Part shown: one piece after another, positions 24,612 to 37,410 of the stretch | Layout: the number at the start of each line of letters is the position of its first letter | How positions within the stretch are numbered: the first letter of the stretch is position 1 | Assembly (NCBI GenBank): GCA_964106645.2 | Contig: OZ067044.1 | DNA length: 64,000 bases | Strand: one strand, 5' to 3' | Source: Podarcis pityusensis | Taxonomy: Eukaryota | Notes under the pieces: model-generated | Database searches by the model: none | What the model saw: the letters and a program-made list of their open reading frames with translations, nothing else | What the model was told of the DNA's origin: nothing | Position numbers and translations under genes: made by a program

Positions 24612-25130
24612 GACTACAGCAAAGGGAAAGAACCACAGCCAACACTCACTTTGCCATCTCCCTCTGGGCATGGGTACTGATCTGGTCAAGAGGCAGCAAG
24701 GCTGGGCATTTGAGCAGAGGAGGTGACTTTGCTTCTTCAGTGTTTGGTCAGACTCAGTATCATCTTCAGGGTTCCCCCCAAGGGGAGGGGCACTTGGGCA
24801 AGATGCCTTCAGAGGTCTCTCTCTCCCTGAGTAGGCACATCTCATAGGAACATAGAAAACTGCCTGGTATTGAGTCAGACTATTGAGCTCAGTAACCAGT
24901 AGCAGCTCTTCAGGATTTCAAGCAGGAGCTCTACCTGTAGACACAAGGGATTGAACCTGGGATCTTCTGCATACAAAGCAGGTGCTCTTCTCCTGAGCTA
25001 TAGCCTCTCTTCAAGTAACCTCCTCTGCTCAAATGCCCAGCATTGTTGCCTCTTGACCAGATCAATGCCCATGCCCAGAGGGAGATGACAAAGTGAGTGT
25101 TGGCTGTGGTTCTTTCCCTTTGCTCTAGTC
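24612..25130. repeat. 118-bp inverted repeat (arms 24612-24729 and 25013-25130)
   Basis: Manual alignment gives 111/118 identity with no indels; 283-bp spacer. Confidence 0.95.
24844..25008 (-). mobile_element. tRNA-Ala-headed SINE (degenerate)
   Basis: Minus strand GGCTATAGCTCAGGAGAAGAGCACCTGCTTTGTATGCAGAAGATCCCAGGTTCAATCCC...CTATGTTCCTAT; same family as 54341 and 61167. Confidence 0.8.
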
Positions 25131-25268
25131 CAGAGATGGCGAATGTGTGTTCTTCCAGATGTTGCTGAGCTACAAGTCACACCATCCCTGATCATAGCCT
25201 CTGCTGGATAAGGCTGATGGGATTTGGAGTCCAGTAGCATCTGGAGGGCCACAGATTGTCCAGCCCTG
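25131..25268. mobile_element. Palindromic hAT MITE
   Basis: CAG...CTG termini, CCAGATG/CATCTGG core, perfect 8-bp TSD CTCTAGTC (25123-25130, 25269-25276). Confidence 0.88.
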
Positions 25269-28200
25269 CTCTAGTCACTGTGCACTCATTTGGAGAGGGC
25301 CAGTAAGCAATCAGCAGTATCCATGAGAGGGATTCATAGATTTAGGGGGGTCTGGGGTTATTAGACTTAGTCTGAGTATGGACTTGGTAGATGCCTGATG
25401 ATGCCAGCCACTGAAACTAACCCTATCAGCACTCCAGGACAAATGTACCTCCTCTGTAACTTCTACACACCCCTTTGAGCCCTTTCTAGCCAGCTACAGT
25501 TCTCCTGTACTTTACAGGACAATTATTTTTTCAATGTAATGACCAAACTGACCTTTCAAGAGGTACATTACAGGCGGGATTAATTCTTATGGATATTCTG
25601 ATTAGGAACATAGGGAGCTGCCTTGTGCTAGCCTTGCATTGGTTCAGGATTGTTCACACTCCCTGGCATTAGCTGCAGGGCAGCTGAGTGTGAGGAGGCA
25701 GGCAGACTCCTCAGAGGCCCCACGGAGCATCCTGCCCCAGCTCGCCCTGCCCCGCAGGCAGCTGGCCCTGTCCCCGGGTGCCACCCCAGGCGCCAAATCG
25801 GCTTGCTCCTCCATTGACCCCCTTATGCCCTAACAGTTCTTGCAAAACATGGGGGCAGTACAATGTGACTGCACAATGTGTTTGATTGAATTTAGCAAGA
25901 TATGTTTAAGATTAAATTGGTTCTGCAAAATTGGCTTAAATTGTGAAATAAGCAAAATATTGATTCCTCCTTAAACTCAGCAATGCCTCCACCTGCTTTG
26001 TGATTTAAGGAACTGTATGATTTAACTAAAGCATCCTCCCAGTTCATGGAATCAACAACACCTTTTCTTGATTGCTAAATTGCATAAGATTTACAAGGAA
26101 CATGGTCTAAGCTATTAAAATTCTTACACTTCATGGCTGTATTCATTTTATCTTAAGCCTATATTATGTGAGGAGGTATATACTCTGATTTCCCAATTCA
26201 TATATAGGCTATAATAGAAAATTATTCGTCTTTATTGGATGAAAACCTGTAAGAATATTTGCTCTCTGAACAACACTGTCATTAACACTGTCACCCACAG
26301 TCTTGATAACAAACAGCCTTAATTTATCATTTGGGAATTCCAAAATATGTAAAAGGAAAATGTGCACATAAAACTATAATTGTGTTTAAAGTAATGGATC
26401 TGCAATGAAATCATATTCATAGTAAAAATAAATAATTGAAACCTAAGCAAATGCCTGACGATAACAGTATTTTTAATATGAGCCACGATTATCCCCAGGC
26501 TTGCTTAGAAAACAAGCAGAGCAAGCAAATACAATTTCCTTTTTAAAACACTTACGTATCAGTGCTACCTTAACTACTTCAGTGATCCCTGATCGGGATC
26601 AGCCGAGAGTTTCTTATTATGGTTAGAATACATAACTCACAACAGCATATTTTGTGATCTCCATGAAATTATTTTGATCTCAGCTGCCTGCTTTGCTTGT
26701 CTTAACAACTCTTTTAATTTTTCTATGCTGAATATTGTTGTTGTTAAGCCACTTTCTGCTTGCAATGCTTGGAGTGATTACGATCAGTATCACTGCTAAT
26801 ATCCTACCTAAGAGAACTGCTGTCACTTCTGTCTCAGCTGAATTAAGATACAGAAGAAACAGCAACACAAAATCTCTTATTTTACCCAACTGGAGTTGGG
26901 TAAAGCCAGCTTCAAAAATATCAACTTCCTGCAGGGAAAGCACTGCGAAAGTATCAACTACCTACATGGAAAGCAGGTCTAACCCTATGCAGTATCTACG
27001 GCCTCAGGTGTAGGGCAAGTGGGTGTGACTTGCCCTAAATGGCCTCATGGGCCAAATGGGGACACCTAGTGTGCCAAGTTTGACCTGTGAGCCAGAGGTT
27101 CCCCAACCCTTCTTTAGGAAATAACATTGCAAGCCATGTATACCTTATGGTGAATGACAGTTGCCATGTAAACAGAACCAGTCCAAAGTTTTTGCTGCCT
27201 AAGGCAAGAGGCAAAATTTCACACCCTGTATTCCACATATATAGTGTAACCTGAAGGGCAGCTGACTCTTGCTTCAACACTAGTGATGGGGCACCCTCCT
27301 CAAGTACACGCAAGGACAGCAGGCTAGCTTAGGGGGTTCAGAAGATTGGGAGGGCTGCTGCCCCCCTACCCACCCCACATCTATCATACCAAATGGTAGG
27401 GCTGGCTCTGTGAGCTACTTTGCCCCATGTACATGGGGTAAAATGGTTACAGTTAAAGTAGTTACATCCAGTCATCTGTATACAGTTTGAACAGTATTCC
27501 TTGCATTGATGCATTTTCCATTTACTGAACTCATCATGTTTGAAACAGCCATGAAGCTTCCTTGTTTTGATTTAAATTTAATGCACACTAAGAGCACAGT
27601 GTGCTGTTGTGTGTGTAGAAGTGAATGGTGCTTATTCTAAGTTTCTGAGTATTCTAACTTTCTGACATATCTTGTACTTATTTTCTAGAAAAAGGGGTGT
27701 AGAGGCCCATGTCTGTGAGAAATCGCCACCACTTGGACTGAAAGCTCTACCTTTGAATCCTGAAGATGTGAGGGTTCTCTTGCAATTAAACAGTGTTGAG
27801 GAGAACATAGATCTTTACCAGCTTTGGGTTACTTTCATGTTTTCTAATTTTGTATGTTCCAGAGTAAGCCCTGACGTTAAAAACTGATGTTGAGCTCTAG
27901 CCCAGATTAAACCTTCATTGTATCCACTCTTAACATGTTAAGACTTTGGGAAGAAGGTGGCAGGCCTCTTAAAGGATGCTGCAGCCCTGCTTTCTCCTTC
28001 CCAAAGCTGGACAGGTTTTGGGAAGGTGGAGGGAGGGCTCTTGGAGCTCGTTGCAGCATCACACCTCCCTCCTTAGCTGGGCAGAAGCTTCCTGGGCTTT
28101 GGGAAGGAGGCTTCAGGCTTTAATACTGTAATACTCTAATTTACTAGGAACATATAAAGGACTAGCCTAGTCCCACTAGTCCACTGACCACTGGGCCCTT

Positions 28201-29128
28201 GGAATGTTCCCTAGGCCACAAGTCCTCTCCTGAGACCACCCCCTCATTGGCTTGCTTTGCACCTGTGTGTTTTGGCCCTTGAAGGCTTCTTGCTTGCCTA
28301 GATGGAAGATAGAGAGGGATGTGAATTCTTTGTGGAAACTATCCTACTGTCCAAATGTAAAATTAAAATTTGTTGCATCAACCACTTTTGTCTCTGGCCC
28401 TGCCACAGAGAATACGGCCACAGAAGTTTGCCCAGAAGGGAACAAGGTCCTTGGACTGTTAATGGTTTTCCATCCTGCTCTACTCCCATTGGCTTACAAT
28501 ATGCTTTGTTTATTTGCGGCTGGATAGACAAAGATTGCACTCAGATATGTTTTGATTTTTTTTTTAACCCACGCTATTACTGGTAGAAACCCCAACCCAA
28601 CAACAGTGATCCATACAACTTTTCCCACAGTGTTACATGCTATAGGGGAAACTGTACTCTGCAGGGATCCTGCCAGCATTGGGAGGATGAGGTAACCTCA
28701 GTCCAATAAAGGTATTTATTCAAGGCAAGAGGTTAATGTTAAGCAACCTGGAATCTATTGCACAAAACACAAACTGGGGAAGATGGAACTCATTCAAAAC
28801 AACAATAACCTCTTGTTGAGCAACATGACAGGTGGTGTTGCAGAATATATTTCATAGGCCAGGGTGGAGCGGAAGGCAGCCAACTCACACTGAAAGTCAG
28901 TGTGGAAAAATATGACAACATTGTGAAAAAGGTGTGTCTAAGTAAAAAAACAACCAATAGATTGGATGGCATTTCTTTTAAAGCAGGGGATGGTCTGGTG
29001 GAACATAATGCATCTAGCTTGTGGACAGTAAGCAATTCTGGAATCTTGTCAGTGTCTGAATGCAAGTCCTCCAAGGAACCCAGGCATGGTGCCTTGTGTT
29101 ACCTGTTGGATGAAAGGCAGGATATAAT

Positions 29129-29390
29129 TAGGACTGGCCCAAAACATTTTGCTGCCCGAGGCATAGGTCAATATACCTGCACTCTGCTATTCCATGTACA
29201 GAAGGTGACTGGAATTGCAGTTGAATGTTATTTCAGTTCTGGTAATGTGATACTGGGTTTGTTATGAGGATGCAGAACAGCTCACATGGCACCCATCTAC
29301 CTGTCCTCCAACAGGGGTTACTGCCACTGGCCCTAGCATCTGCCACCTGGGTCTGTGGCCTCATTCTGCCTCACAGTAGGTCTGCTCCTA
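29129..29390. mobile_element. Degenerate hAT-type MITE
   Basis: TAGGACTGGCCC...TTTTGCTGCCCGAGGC start and GCCTCATTCTGCCTCACAGTAGGTCTGCTCCTA end. Confidence 0.5.
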
Positions 29391-29759
29391 GGTATAGACA
29401 TTGGGAATAAACAAATAAGGTTTCACATGATGTTCATACTGCTAGGATGTCTCACTAGGCTCATTCTCACCTTAGTGCCAATAAACCAAAGGGAGCTTGC
29501 TGATGGCTCCAAAATTCGAACTTTCCCTAATACCTTCTTCCTACAAGAGAGCAGGATGTGACGACAAGGACTTGCTTAGCAGACAACTGCCCTGTGCCTG
29601 GAGGTTACTTTGGCTGGACAGTCCATGATGATCCTTCCCAGGGCCAGTGGACGAAAGACTCAAATTCACAGGGCAGCATCAGCTTAGCTATGTTGTTCTT
29701 GTAAGGTAATCTTGTTACAGCTGCTTTAATCCCACCTCATTGCTTCCCTGCAATGTAGT

Positions 29760-30134
29760 TAAGGATGTGGGAGGCATTTCATTCAGTTCACATTTAAAGG
29801 TGAACCTACCTAATTTGCACTTCCTGAAACAATATGTGAACCAAAACAAAGCATCCACTGAAATTTGTACTTCTCTGAATTTTGCAATGCAGTTCTCCAG
29901 CTAAATAATGTGTACAAAAATGTATATATTATAATATGAGAGTAAAAATGCACATATTAGTGAAAAGCATAATGAAAATGCATTATATTAGGGGAAATTA
30001 CTCTGCAGAAATGTGCATATTATTGAAATCTGCACTAAATATGTACAGACTGATTTAGAAATGTGGAGAACTGAAGAGAAGATTGAAAAATGAGAAAGCG
30101 AGAGGAATCAAACTTGACAGAGCCACCCATCCCA
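29760..30134. mobile_element. hAT-type non-autonomous element
   Basis: (T)AAGGATGTGG ... CACCCATCCCA termini; right end shared with the fragment at ~5190-5262 (AAATGTGGAGAA...AAAAATGAGAAA...CACCCATCCC). Confidence 0.65.
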
Positions 30135-31909
30135 TGTAAGAAATAAAATATTATCATGGAAAGAAGAACTTTAAAAAAAAAAATCAGTTATATTATGTGT
30201 GAGATGAAAATAAACTTTTAAACCTGACCTAAATCCCTGTGTGTCTTATGCATAATGCAAGGAAAACAGTAGTTAAAGGAATAGTATTTATATTTTGTAA
30301 ACTGACAACACCTTCTACTTCATTTCTCATACACCGTATGAGGATAAGAACCTGTCAACACTAAAAATAGTAAATGATGATAATAGTAAATGCGAACAAA
30401 TTTGATATGTTCTATAAATATTATCAGTTCCATATATCTGATAAGACTATATCTTACTTTGTCTGCTAGGAGTAACCACTTATGTGACAGTCACAGTCAT
30501 GCATGCCATTTTTTTACATACATATGTTAATTTACATTAATATACATTTCCACGAGTATCATATCTTGAAGTTATTTAATTTTTGGACTCAAGTTCTAAA
30601 GCTTATTTGATGCCTATTACAGGGTCTATGCTTTCTCCCACTTTATTTTTTCATTAGGATATAAAAATAGTCATGGGAATGCAATGTATTTCATTATGTT
30701 CTTAGAGTAAGGAGGGGTAAATCTAAATTGGGAGAGCATCACTAATTTTCAAGCAGAGTAATTTATTCTGCAGTATTTAAATGCTGCAATTTTCACACTC
30801 AGGCACATGCTGCCACATCTATCTTTCCCCGGGACCAGTCTCTGTCTTGCTCTTTCCTTTTCATCTGTGAGGGGTTTTTTTTGGCATTTTTTTTTCATAA
30901 ATTCGACAGATGGCCTCTTGATGAATCCTTGATAATACTGTCATGTAAAGCAGCTAAGGCTGGAAATCATCTCGCAACAATTTTTCATTGCTGAGAGAAA
31001 ATTGAACAGAGACAAACATCGCTAAGTCCCTAACAACAGCGACCAAAATCCACTTCTTATAAATAAAGAGGACAGGCTTTCTTTGTAGTGCTCAGGCTCA
31101 ACCACCAGTATCCGTGTAATGCCCCTTGATTTTTATTTTTAAATACTACTTTTAGTGCATCCTTCAAAGCCCAGGGTTTTTAAAGTGTTTTGTTGCTTTC
31201 ATATTCAGAACATTTTCCAGGCTCTTAATATGTTCTTCCTCCCAGACCCCCTCCTCCCAGGTCTTTATAATTGTGGATCAGGTGAAGTTTGCTTCCCCTC
31301 ATTTCAAGGTCATGCACCACTAGGACCATTTTCCTGACTCAGAGGGCACGTAATTTCACAGCCGTGTAGTCCTCATTAATCCACCCTGAGTGGGTGCTCA
31401 GGAAGTTCCAGATCACAGATTTGTTTTTGTCTTGTTCTCTGACTCAGTGCTTCACAAAAGGATTAGATTAACCTCCTCTTGATTGTATTTATATCTTACT
31501 GCATCAGGGTAGAAATAAAGTGATTTCTCCTCCTCTTGCTGCCGACCTCCTTTCTCTGCTTCTGGGACCGACACAATTCCATTGCAAGGAAGAGTCGGTT
31601 AAAGGGAGTCTTACAGCAGCTGCAACACATTGCAGTCTATCTGAGCACATGGCAATTACTGCAGCTTCAATGCTCGATCTCTTCCCACCCCTAGGCCCTT
31701 CTAGTCTGCTGTCATGTCCTTCTGAAAAGCCATCCAATCCAAATCAAGGTGGAGCACATGTCCTCAGCCAAGAGAGCAAATAGTGGAGGAATTCCCTCAC
31801 AAATGAGCCTTGCAGAAGAACGAAATGATGATGTCTCAAACAGATATGGGGAGCCGATACGTTGCTAGTCATAACCTCTTCCTTGTCATGTGTGATGTTT
31901 GTCGTTGTT

Positions 31910-32880
31910 AAAGTTTATTTATATGGCTCTTCGTTACAAAAATATATATACCGTATGGTTTACAAAATTAAAACAGTAAAACCAATGTGTCAATAAAATG
32001 ACAAAGGCATAAATCCGGAACAACAAAACATTTCACATATAAATGAAATGGCAGAAATAATGCACAAATGCTCCAGTGACTTACATGATGCTCCCAACTT
32101 GCAAGGCTCAGGTAAGTACATTGATAGTGAAAGGAAATCACCGAAGGCATCTGAACATCTCTGAGTATGGGGAGTCCAATGAGCAGAGTGCTATAATGCA
32201 GAGAGACCTGTTCTGGGTTACAGCATACCAGGCAGCACCCATTAATGTCACCACAAGTGGGGCCCTACCCAACAGATCTCAAAGGCTGTGCTGGTAGATA
32301 CTGGGAGAAGTCAAAGTCTTTTAGGACTTCATATATAAGCATCAACACCTTGAGCCTGGAAGCATAAAGGCAGACAGTGTGGGTCATGCAGAACTGGTGT
32401 AATGTAACTCCAGTTTGAGGAGGCATTCAATAGTTTGGCCATGGCATTCTGCACCAGCTTCAGCTTCAGAACAGCCTTCAAGGATAGCCGTACACAGAGT
32501 GCATTGCAGGAGTCCAAGAAAACATGAATCACCAATGGTGAGCTGTTCCAGTTCAGTCACAGCTGGAAAACGATCCTTAGCTGAAAATAGGCACTCCTAG
32601 CCACTGAGGTCTTTGGGGCTTCAAATGTCAGTGTTGGATAAAGGAGCGGCTTCATCTAGAACAGGACATCTACCCACTTATTGGACATGGAATCCACTCA
32701 CAAAGTGCCTTCAGGATTCATCCTCAGTTCATTGGCCTTCATTCATCCCATTACTGCCTCCAGACCCTGGTTCAGCATCTGCACAACCATGCCTGATGCA
32801 GATGGTAAGGAAATATATTGTTGAGAATCATCTACAGATTGTGGACGTCTTGCTCCAAATCCTCGGGTGACCTTTGCCAG
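31910..32880 (-). mobile_element. L2 LINE 3' fragment (degenerate)
   Basis: Minus-strand LDSCNALCVRLSLKAVLKLKLVQNAMAKLL...YITPVLHDPHCLP matches the L2 ORF2 C-terminus (LDYCN...LQLVQN...HITPVL..LHWLP). Boundaries approximate. Confidence 0.8.
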
Positions 32881-33192
32881 AAGGATACATTGGTAGATGC
32901 TATCAAAAGCTGCTTAGTAATTGAGGATAGGAGATATTGAAATGGACTGGAGTGGTATCAGGGATGAGCTAGGAACTGTTCTTGGACTGGTGCTTACTTC
33001 AGGATGATTTCTTGCAATTCTCTATGTAGCTATGAGAGTATGCAAGGGGAACTTAGTACAAAAATCACCAAAATGGAGGACCACATGTATTTGTCATGGT
33101 TAGTTGCAGGTTATTAACATTATTAGACATTATTATCCGTCGACAGAAATGAGGCTGCCCAACCCTGCTTTAATCTTTATCTGTGAACAATA

Positions 33193-33434
33193 CAGTGGTA
33201 CATTGGGTTAAGAACTTAATTTGTTCCGGAGGTCCGTTCTTAACCTGAAACTGTTCTTAACCTGAGGTACCACTTTAGCTAATGGGGCCTCCTGCTGCCT
33301 CCGCGCCGCCACCGCACGATTTCTGTTCTCATCCTGAAGCAAAGTTCTTAACCTGAGGTACTATTTCTGGGTTAGCGGAGTCTGTAACCTGAAGCGTCTG
33401 TAACTTGAAGCATCTGTAACCCGAGGTACCACTG
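33193..33434. mobile_element. Tc1/mariner (Tigger-like) MITE, full length
   Basis: TIRs CAGTGGTACATTGGGTTA / TAACCCGAGGTACCACTG with TA flanks; internal TIR-like GAGGTACCACT. Confidence 0.92.
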
Positions 33435-34199
33435 TATTCCTTGTTCTTAGCAATAGCAACTACATATAGCAGTGGCATACTCCTTATGCTCCTCTTGGGT
33501 CTCAATACAAAGAATTCAAAGCCTGTGGATACGCTGTGCCCCTCTCCCTCATCTTTCTCAAGCACACCACTGCTGCTTTCAGGAATCCTAGAAACCTCTT
33601 TTTTTAAGCACTTAAATGCAACTGCTAATGGAAATTCATGATTTTAAATAATTTACAGTTCCATCTGGCTAGAGGAACACCAGGTGGAGACTGCAGATCA
33701 GGATGAGTCTAACTGAAGTGAAATCTTTGCTTAAAATATTAAAGCTAAAAACAAACATTTTTAGTGTCCACTGCAGTGAGCCCTCATCTCTTCAATTGAT
33801 TCATATTCCCCCAGAAAGTGATCGGTTACTCTTCCTGGGCTACAGTTGCAGTAGTTACTCAGAGCAGGTGCCTCATGGTGATGCAGAACAGAAAGTAGGA
33901 GGAGCCAAACACATAAGAACTTAGGTTCATGTGTTTCTTCAAGAATTTGTTTGGTTATTAGATTGTCTGCCATGTTTACTGCTCTCCCAGGTTGCAACTT
34001 AAATCCCTAGGTGCTTATATGGAACATCTGGAGAACTCAGCTGGATTTTAGAGTGTTGTTGTGATCTTCCCATAGTTATGTCGTTGCCCACTGGATCCTG
34101 TACTAGCTAGTCTGCTCCAGCAGGGCTCTTCTTATAATTTTATGTACACCAGCAGCCAATCATGGAGGGTAGAGGAAAACACCCCACCCACTCCCATAT

Positions 34200-34850
34200 C
34201 AGAGGCCATAGATAATTAAAAGCCAACATGAAAAAGAAAATATTATTTCCAAACATAGGCAATAATAGCTCCAAGTGAGCCTCCTTGGGAAGAACATTCC
34301 ACAAGTGGGGAGCCACCACTGGAAAGGCTCACCAACCTCTGTCACCAACCTCTGAATCTCCTGTGGAGGGGCCCACAAAGAAGGGCCTCAAATGACAATT
34401 GCAGAGTCTGGGTTCGTTCTTATGGGGAAAGACAATCATTGAAATATTGAGGTCATGAACTCATAAGGCCCACTCAAAGGCCTGCACATGTATTTATTTT
34501 GCTTAGTGTACGCGTTGGTACACATACCATCTGGTAACAATCCAGTGGGGCAGGGACTGATGTTATGTGCTCAGACTATCTTGCCCCAGTGAGCAATCTA
34601 GCCTCAGTCTTATCTAGTTTGAGCTTCGGTTTATTGACTCTCATCCAGTCCATTACTGAAACAAGACATTAGTTCATCACATCCATTATTACACCTGCAG
34701 ATGTAAATACGACATAGAGCTGTGTGTAATCAGCGTATTGCAGACAAAATACTCCAAAAACCTAGATTCTCCCACGCAGCGGTTTCATGTATGTGTTAAA
34801 CAACATGGGAGATAAATTTGAACCCTGAAGAACCACACATTGGAGGCTCC
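34200..34850 (-). mobile_element. L2 LINE fragments including RT core
   Basis: 34270-34470 aligns to L2 3' region 48900-49100; 34720-34845 translates (minus) VLQGSNLSPMLFNTYMKPL...QYADYTQLY, a decayed GVPQGS...YADDTQLY. Confidence 0.8.
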
Positions 34851-35542
34851 ATAGAGCCAGACAGCACAGGCTTTGGTCTACTCATAAGTAACATAGCACA
34901 GGTGGTCAGTGGCTGGGTTTCCTGGTGGTCAGTGTTGGATAATGATCCCAATGGAGTTCAATCTCCAGTCTTTTTTAAGGTGTTTTTTTTTTTTGACCCA
35001 CATGTATTTGAATGATACCTGGTACTTTTCAGCCAATCAAAGCCTAGAGCTACAATATAATTAGAGAAGTTTACTGTATCTTTCTACTGTTTAAAAAGCT
35101 TGTGGAGGCTTTGGGAATTTTGGTGGAATGGAATGCTATTTTTTAAAACACGTAATTCCTCATCACTTAAGAGCCATTATTTTTTATAAACAGCCCTTCC
35201 CATATCTCATTAATAGTAATTCCTGTGCTGTCTTTGGAGGCTGAGGCAGAGCTAAGAGCTCTTCATCAGTACACATGAAAGAATTTGTGTCTTGTAAATT
35301 TGCATCTTAAGTTTCTTTATTATGGCGATGTACAATAGGTGACTTTAAATGACCTTCTTGTTTCCATCCCCTTTGGGAAAACAAACAGCAATCTTCACTC
35401 CAAAATTCACTCTACACAATATCATTAAAGGGAAGTAAACGAATAACACATAGATTTAAATGTTTACTGGTTTGTGTCAGTGTCGGGTAATACAATGAAT
35501 AATTCATATCAAACTAGTAGAATGTAGCATTTACATAAAATA

Positions 35543-35754
35543 NNNNNNNNNNNNNNNNNNNNNNNNNNNNNNNNNNNNNNNNNNNNNNNNNNNNNNNNNN
35601 NNNNNNNNNNNNNNNNNNNNNNNNNNNNNNNNNNNNNNNNNNNNNNNNNNNNNNNNNNNNNNNNNNNNNNNNNNNNNNNNNNNNNNNNNNNNNNNNNNNN
35701 NNNNNNNNNNNNNNNNNNNNNNNNNNNNNNNNNNNNNNNNNNNNNNNNNNNNNN
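35543..35754. other. N-block (212 nt)
   Basis: Run of N. Confidence 1.
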
Positions 35755-36392
35755 ACACATTATGGATGTAATGATCCATTACAGCCAAACTTCAAGAAGG
35801 TCTTGAAAGAAACTGAGAATTAAACAAAGAAATATGGGGGCCATCATCATTATTTATCAGATATATTTATTAGTAGTTTTATTTCTTTTTGAATTCTTTT
35901 ACACCCACCCATACATATATATGCACACACACATGCATGTATGCACTCTCACACACACTCATGCACATATATCACCCAAATATTTAATGACTATGTTTTT
36001 ATATAGATTAACATCTGAAAATAAATCTGCATTCATCTCTATGGCATGTTTCATGCATTTATTATTTAGCCAGTTGCAGTGCAATCATAATAATATCTGC
36101 TCAGAAGTAAGGCCCATTGAGTTCTATGAGACTTTCTCCAAGGTAAATGGGTATAGGATGGCCCCTTATTGAAAGATATGTACGCACTGTGATTGATACA
36201 TGACATCTGGATCATTTCCACCAGTTGCACAATGGCAATCTTTAACATTTTTGTAGCATTTTATCATACTGCCATGGGCATGGGGTTGGACTCCCCCAAC
36301 AGAGAGATGAGGTTCGTGACTCTGAGGAGGTGGCAGATTGAGGGAGAGAATTTACATCAGCATGAGCTCCATAATACTTCCCCCCTGTACAT

Positions 36393-36423
<31 letters not shown>

Positions 36424-36424
36424 C
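36393..36424. repeat. (CA)n microsatellite
   Basis: Direct observation. Confidence 0.95.
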
Positions 36425-36701
36425 GAAAACTTTGAGCCACTGGAGTCCCTGGAACAGTCCTGCCACTACTTCTATCACCTAAGAAGGTTGCTCTGCCCTC
36501 TTGCTCAGCCTCCAGGGACTCACTTTCAGATCTGACAACCAATGCCACTGGAGCCAATGACTGAAAAATTAGGCAGGAATCCTTTAAACCACAAGGGGCT
36601 TCCCTGTTGGTGAGTGGCACTAGCCACCCTGGCTGGGCATCTGCCTTTCAGTGACTTCCAGATCTTAACCAAAGCAACAACTCAGTCTTCTTTGCTTAAA
36701 T

Positions 36702-36840
36702 TAGGGTTAGGAAACCTGTGGCACTCCAGATGTTACTGGACTCCAACTCCCATCAGCCCCAACCATCCCTGGTCAAAGTTGAGGGCTGTTGGGAGTTGGA
36801 GTCCATTTACATCTGGAGTGCAACCAGTTCCCTATACCTG
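36702..36840. mobile_element. Palindromic hAT MITE (degenerate)
   Basis: GCACTCCAGATG..GGACTCCAACTCCCA / TGGGAGTTGGAGTCC..CATCTGGAGTGC fold-back. Confidence 0.8.
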
Positions 36841-37254
36841 ATATAGATGCTGCTTATATCCAGCTGGCAACTCCATTGGGTCCTACTTGGAGATCTCTAA
36901 GGTACTCCTCTTTTCTGGAATTCCTGCTCTGCTCTTCTGGTGAGGAACACTCTGCAAAGAACAAGAATATCTGTCCATAGTCGTGTTCCTTGGCTTGAAT
37001 TCATGCTTGACTCTTATGGCTGCCCAGAGCAGAATATATACTCATATCCCTGTAGTTTTGACCACTCTGTTACCACAGCTCACTGAAATTTGTTCCCACT
37101 CTCTTCCACATCCATATATTTGTGCCATTTTAGTAAGCTTCTAGTTCCCATTGCACTGTGGCCCAAAGGCATCAAAAATATGGGAACCGCATTTTATAGA
37201 ACTGCCTCTTGTAACCATTGATAGAGGATTTACTTTCCCTAAAAGACCTTCAGA

Positions 37255-37410
37255 GAGGGGCCATATCTCAGTGGTAAAGGTAATTTTTCCATTCAGTAAG
37301 ACCCAAGTTCAATCCTTAGCATCTCCAAATGTAAAAATAAAATAAAAAATCAGATACCAGTGAGTAAGAAAGACCTCTGTCTGGGCTTTGGAGAGTCCCT
37401 GCCATTTACT
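37255..37410 (+). mobile_element. tRNA-Ala-headed SINE (degenerate)
   Basis: GGGGCCATATCTCAGTGGTAAAG...AAGTTCAATCCTTAGCATCTCCA head; TTGGAGAGTCCCTGCCA body. Confidence 0.6.

Noticed and set aside
24408-24847. Overlapping 145-aa and 118-aa ORFs
   Set aside because: No recognisable domain; they overlap the inverted-repeat arm and are consistent with chance.
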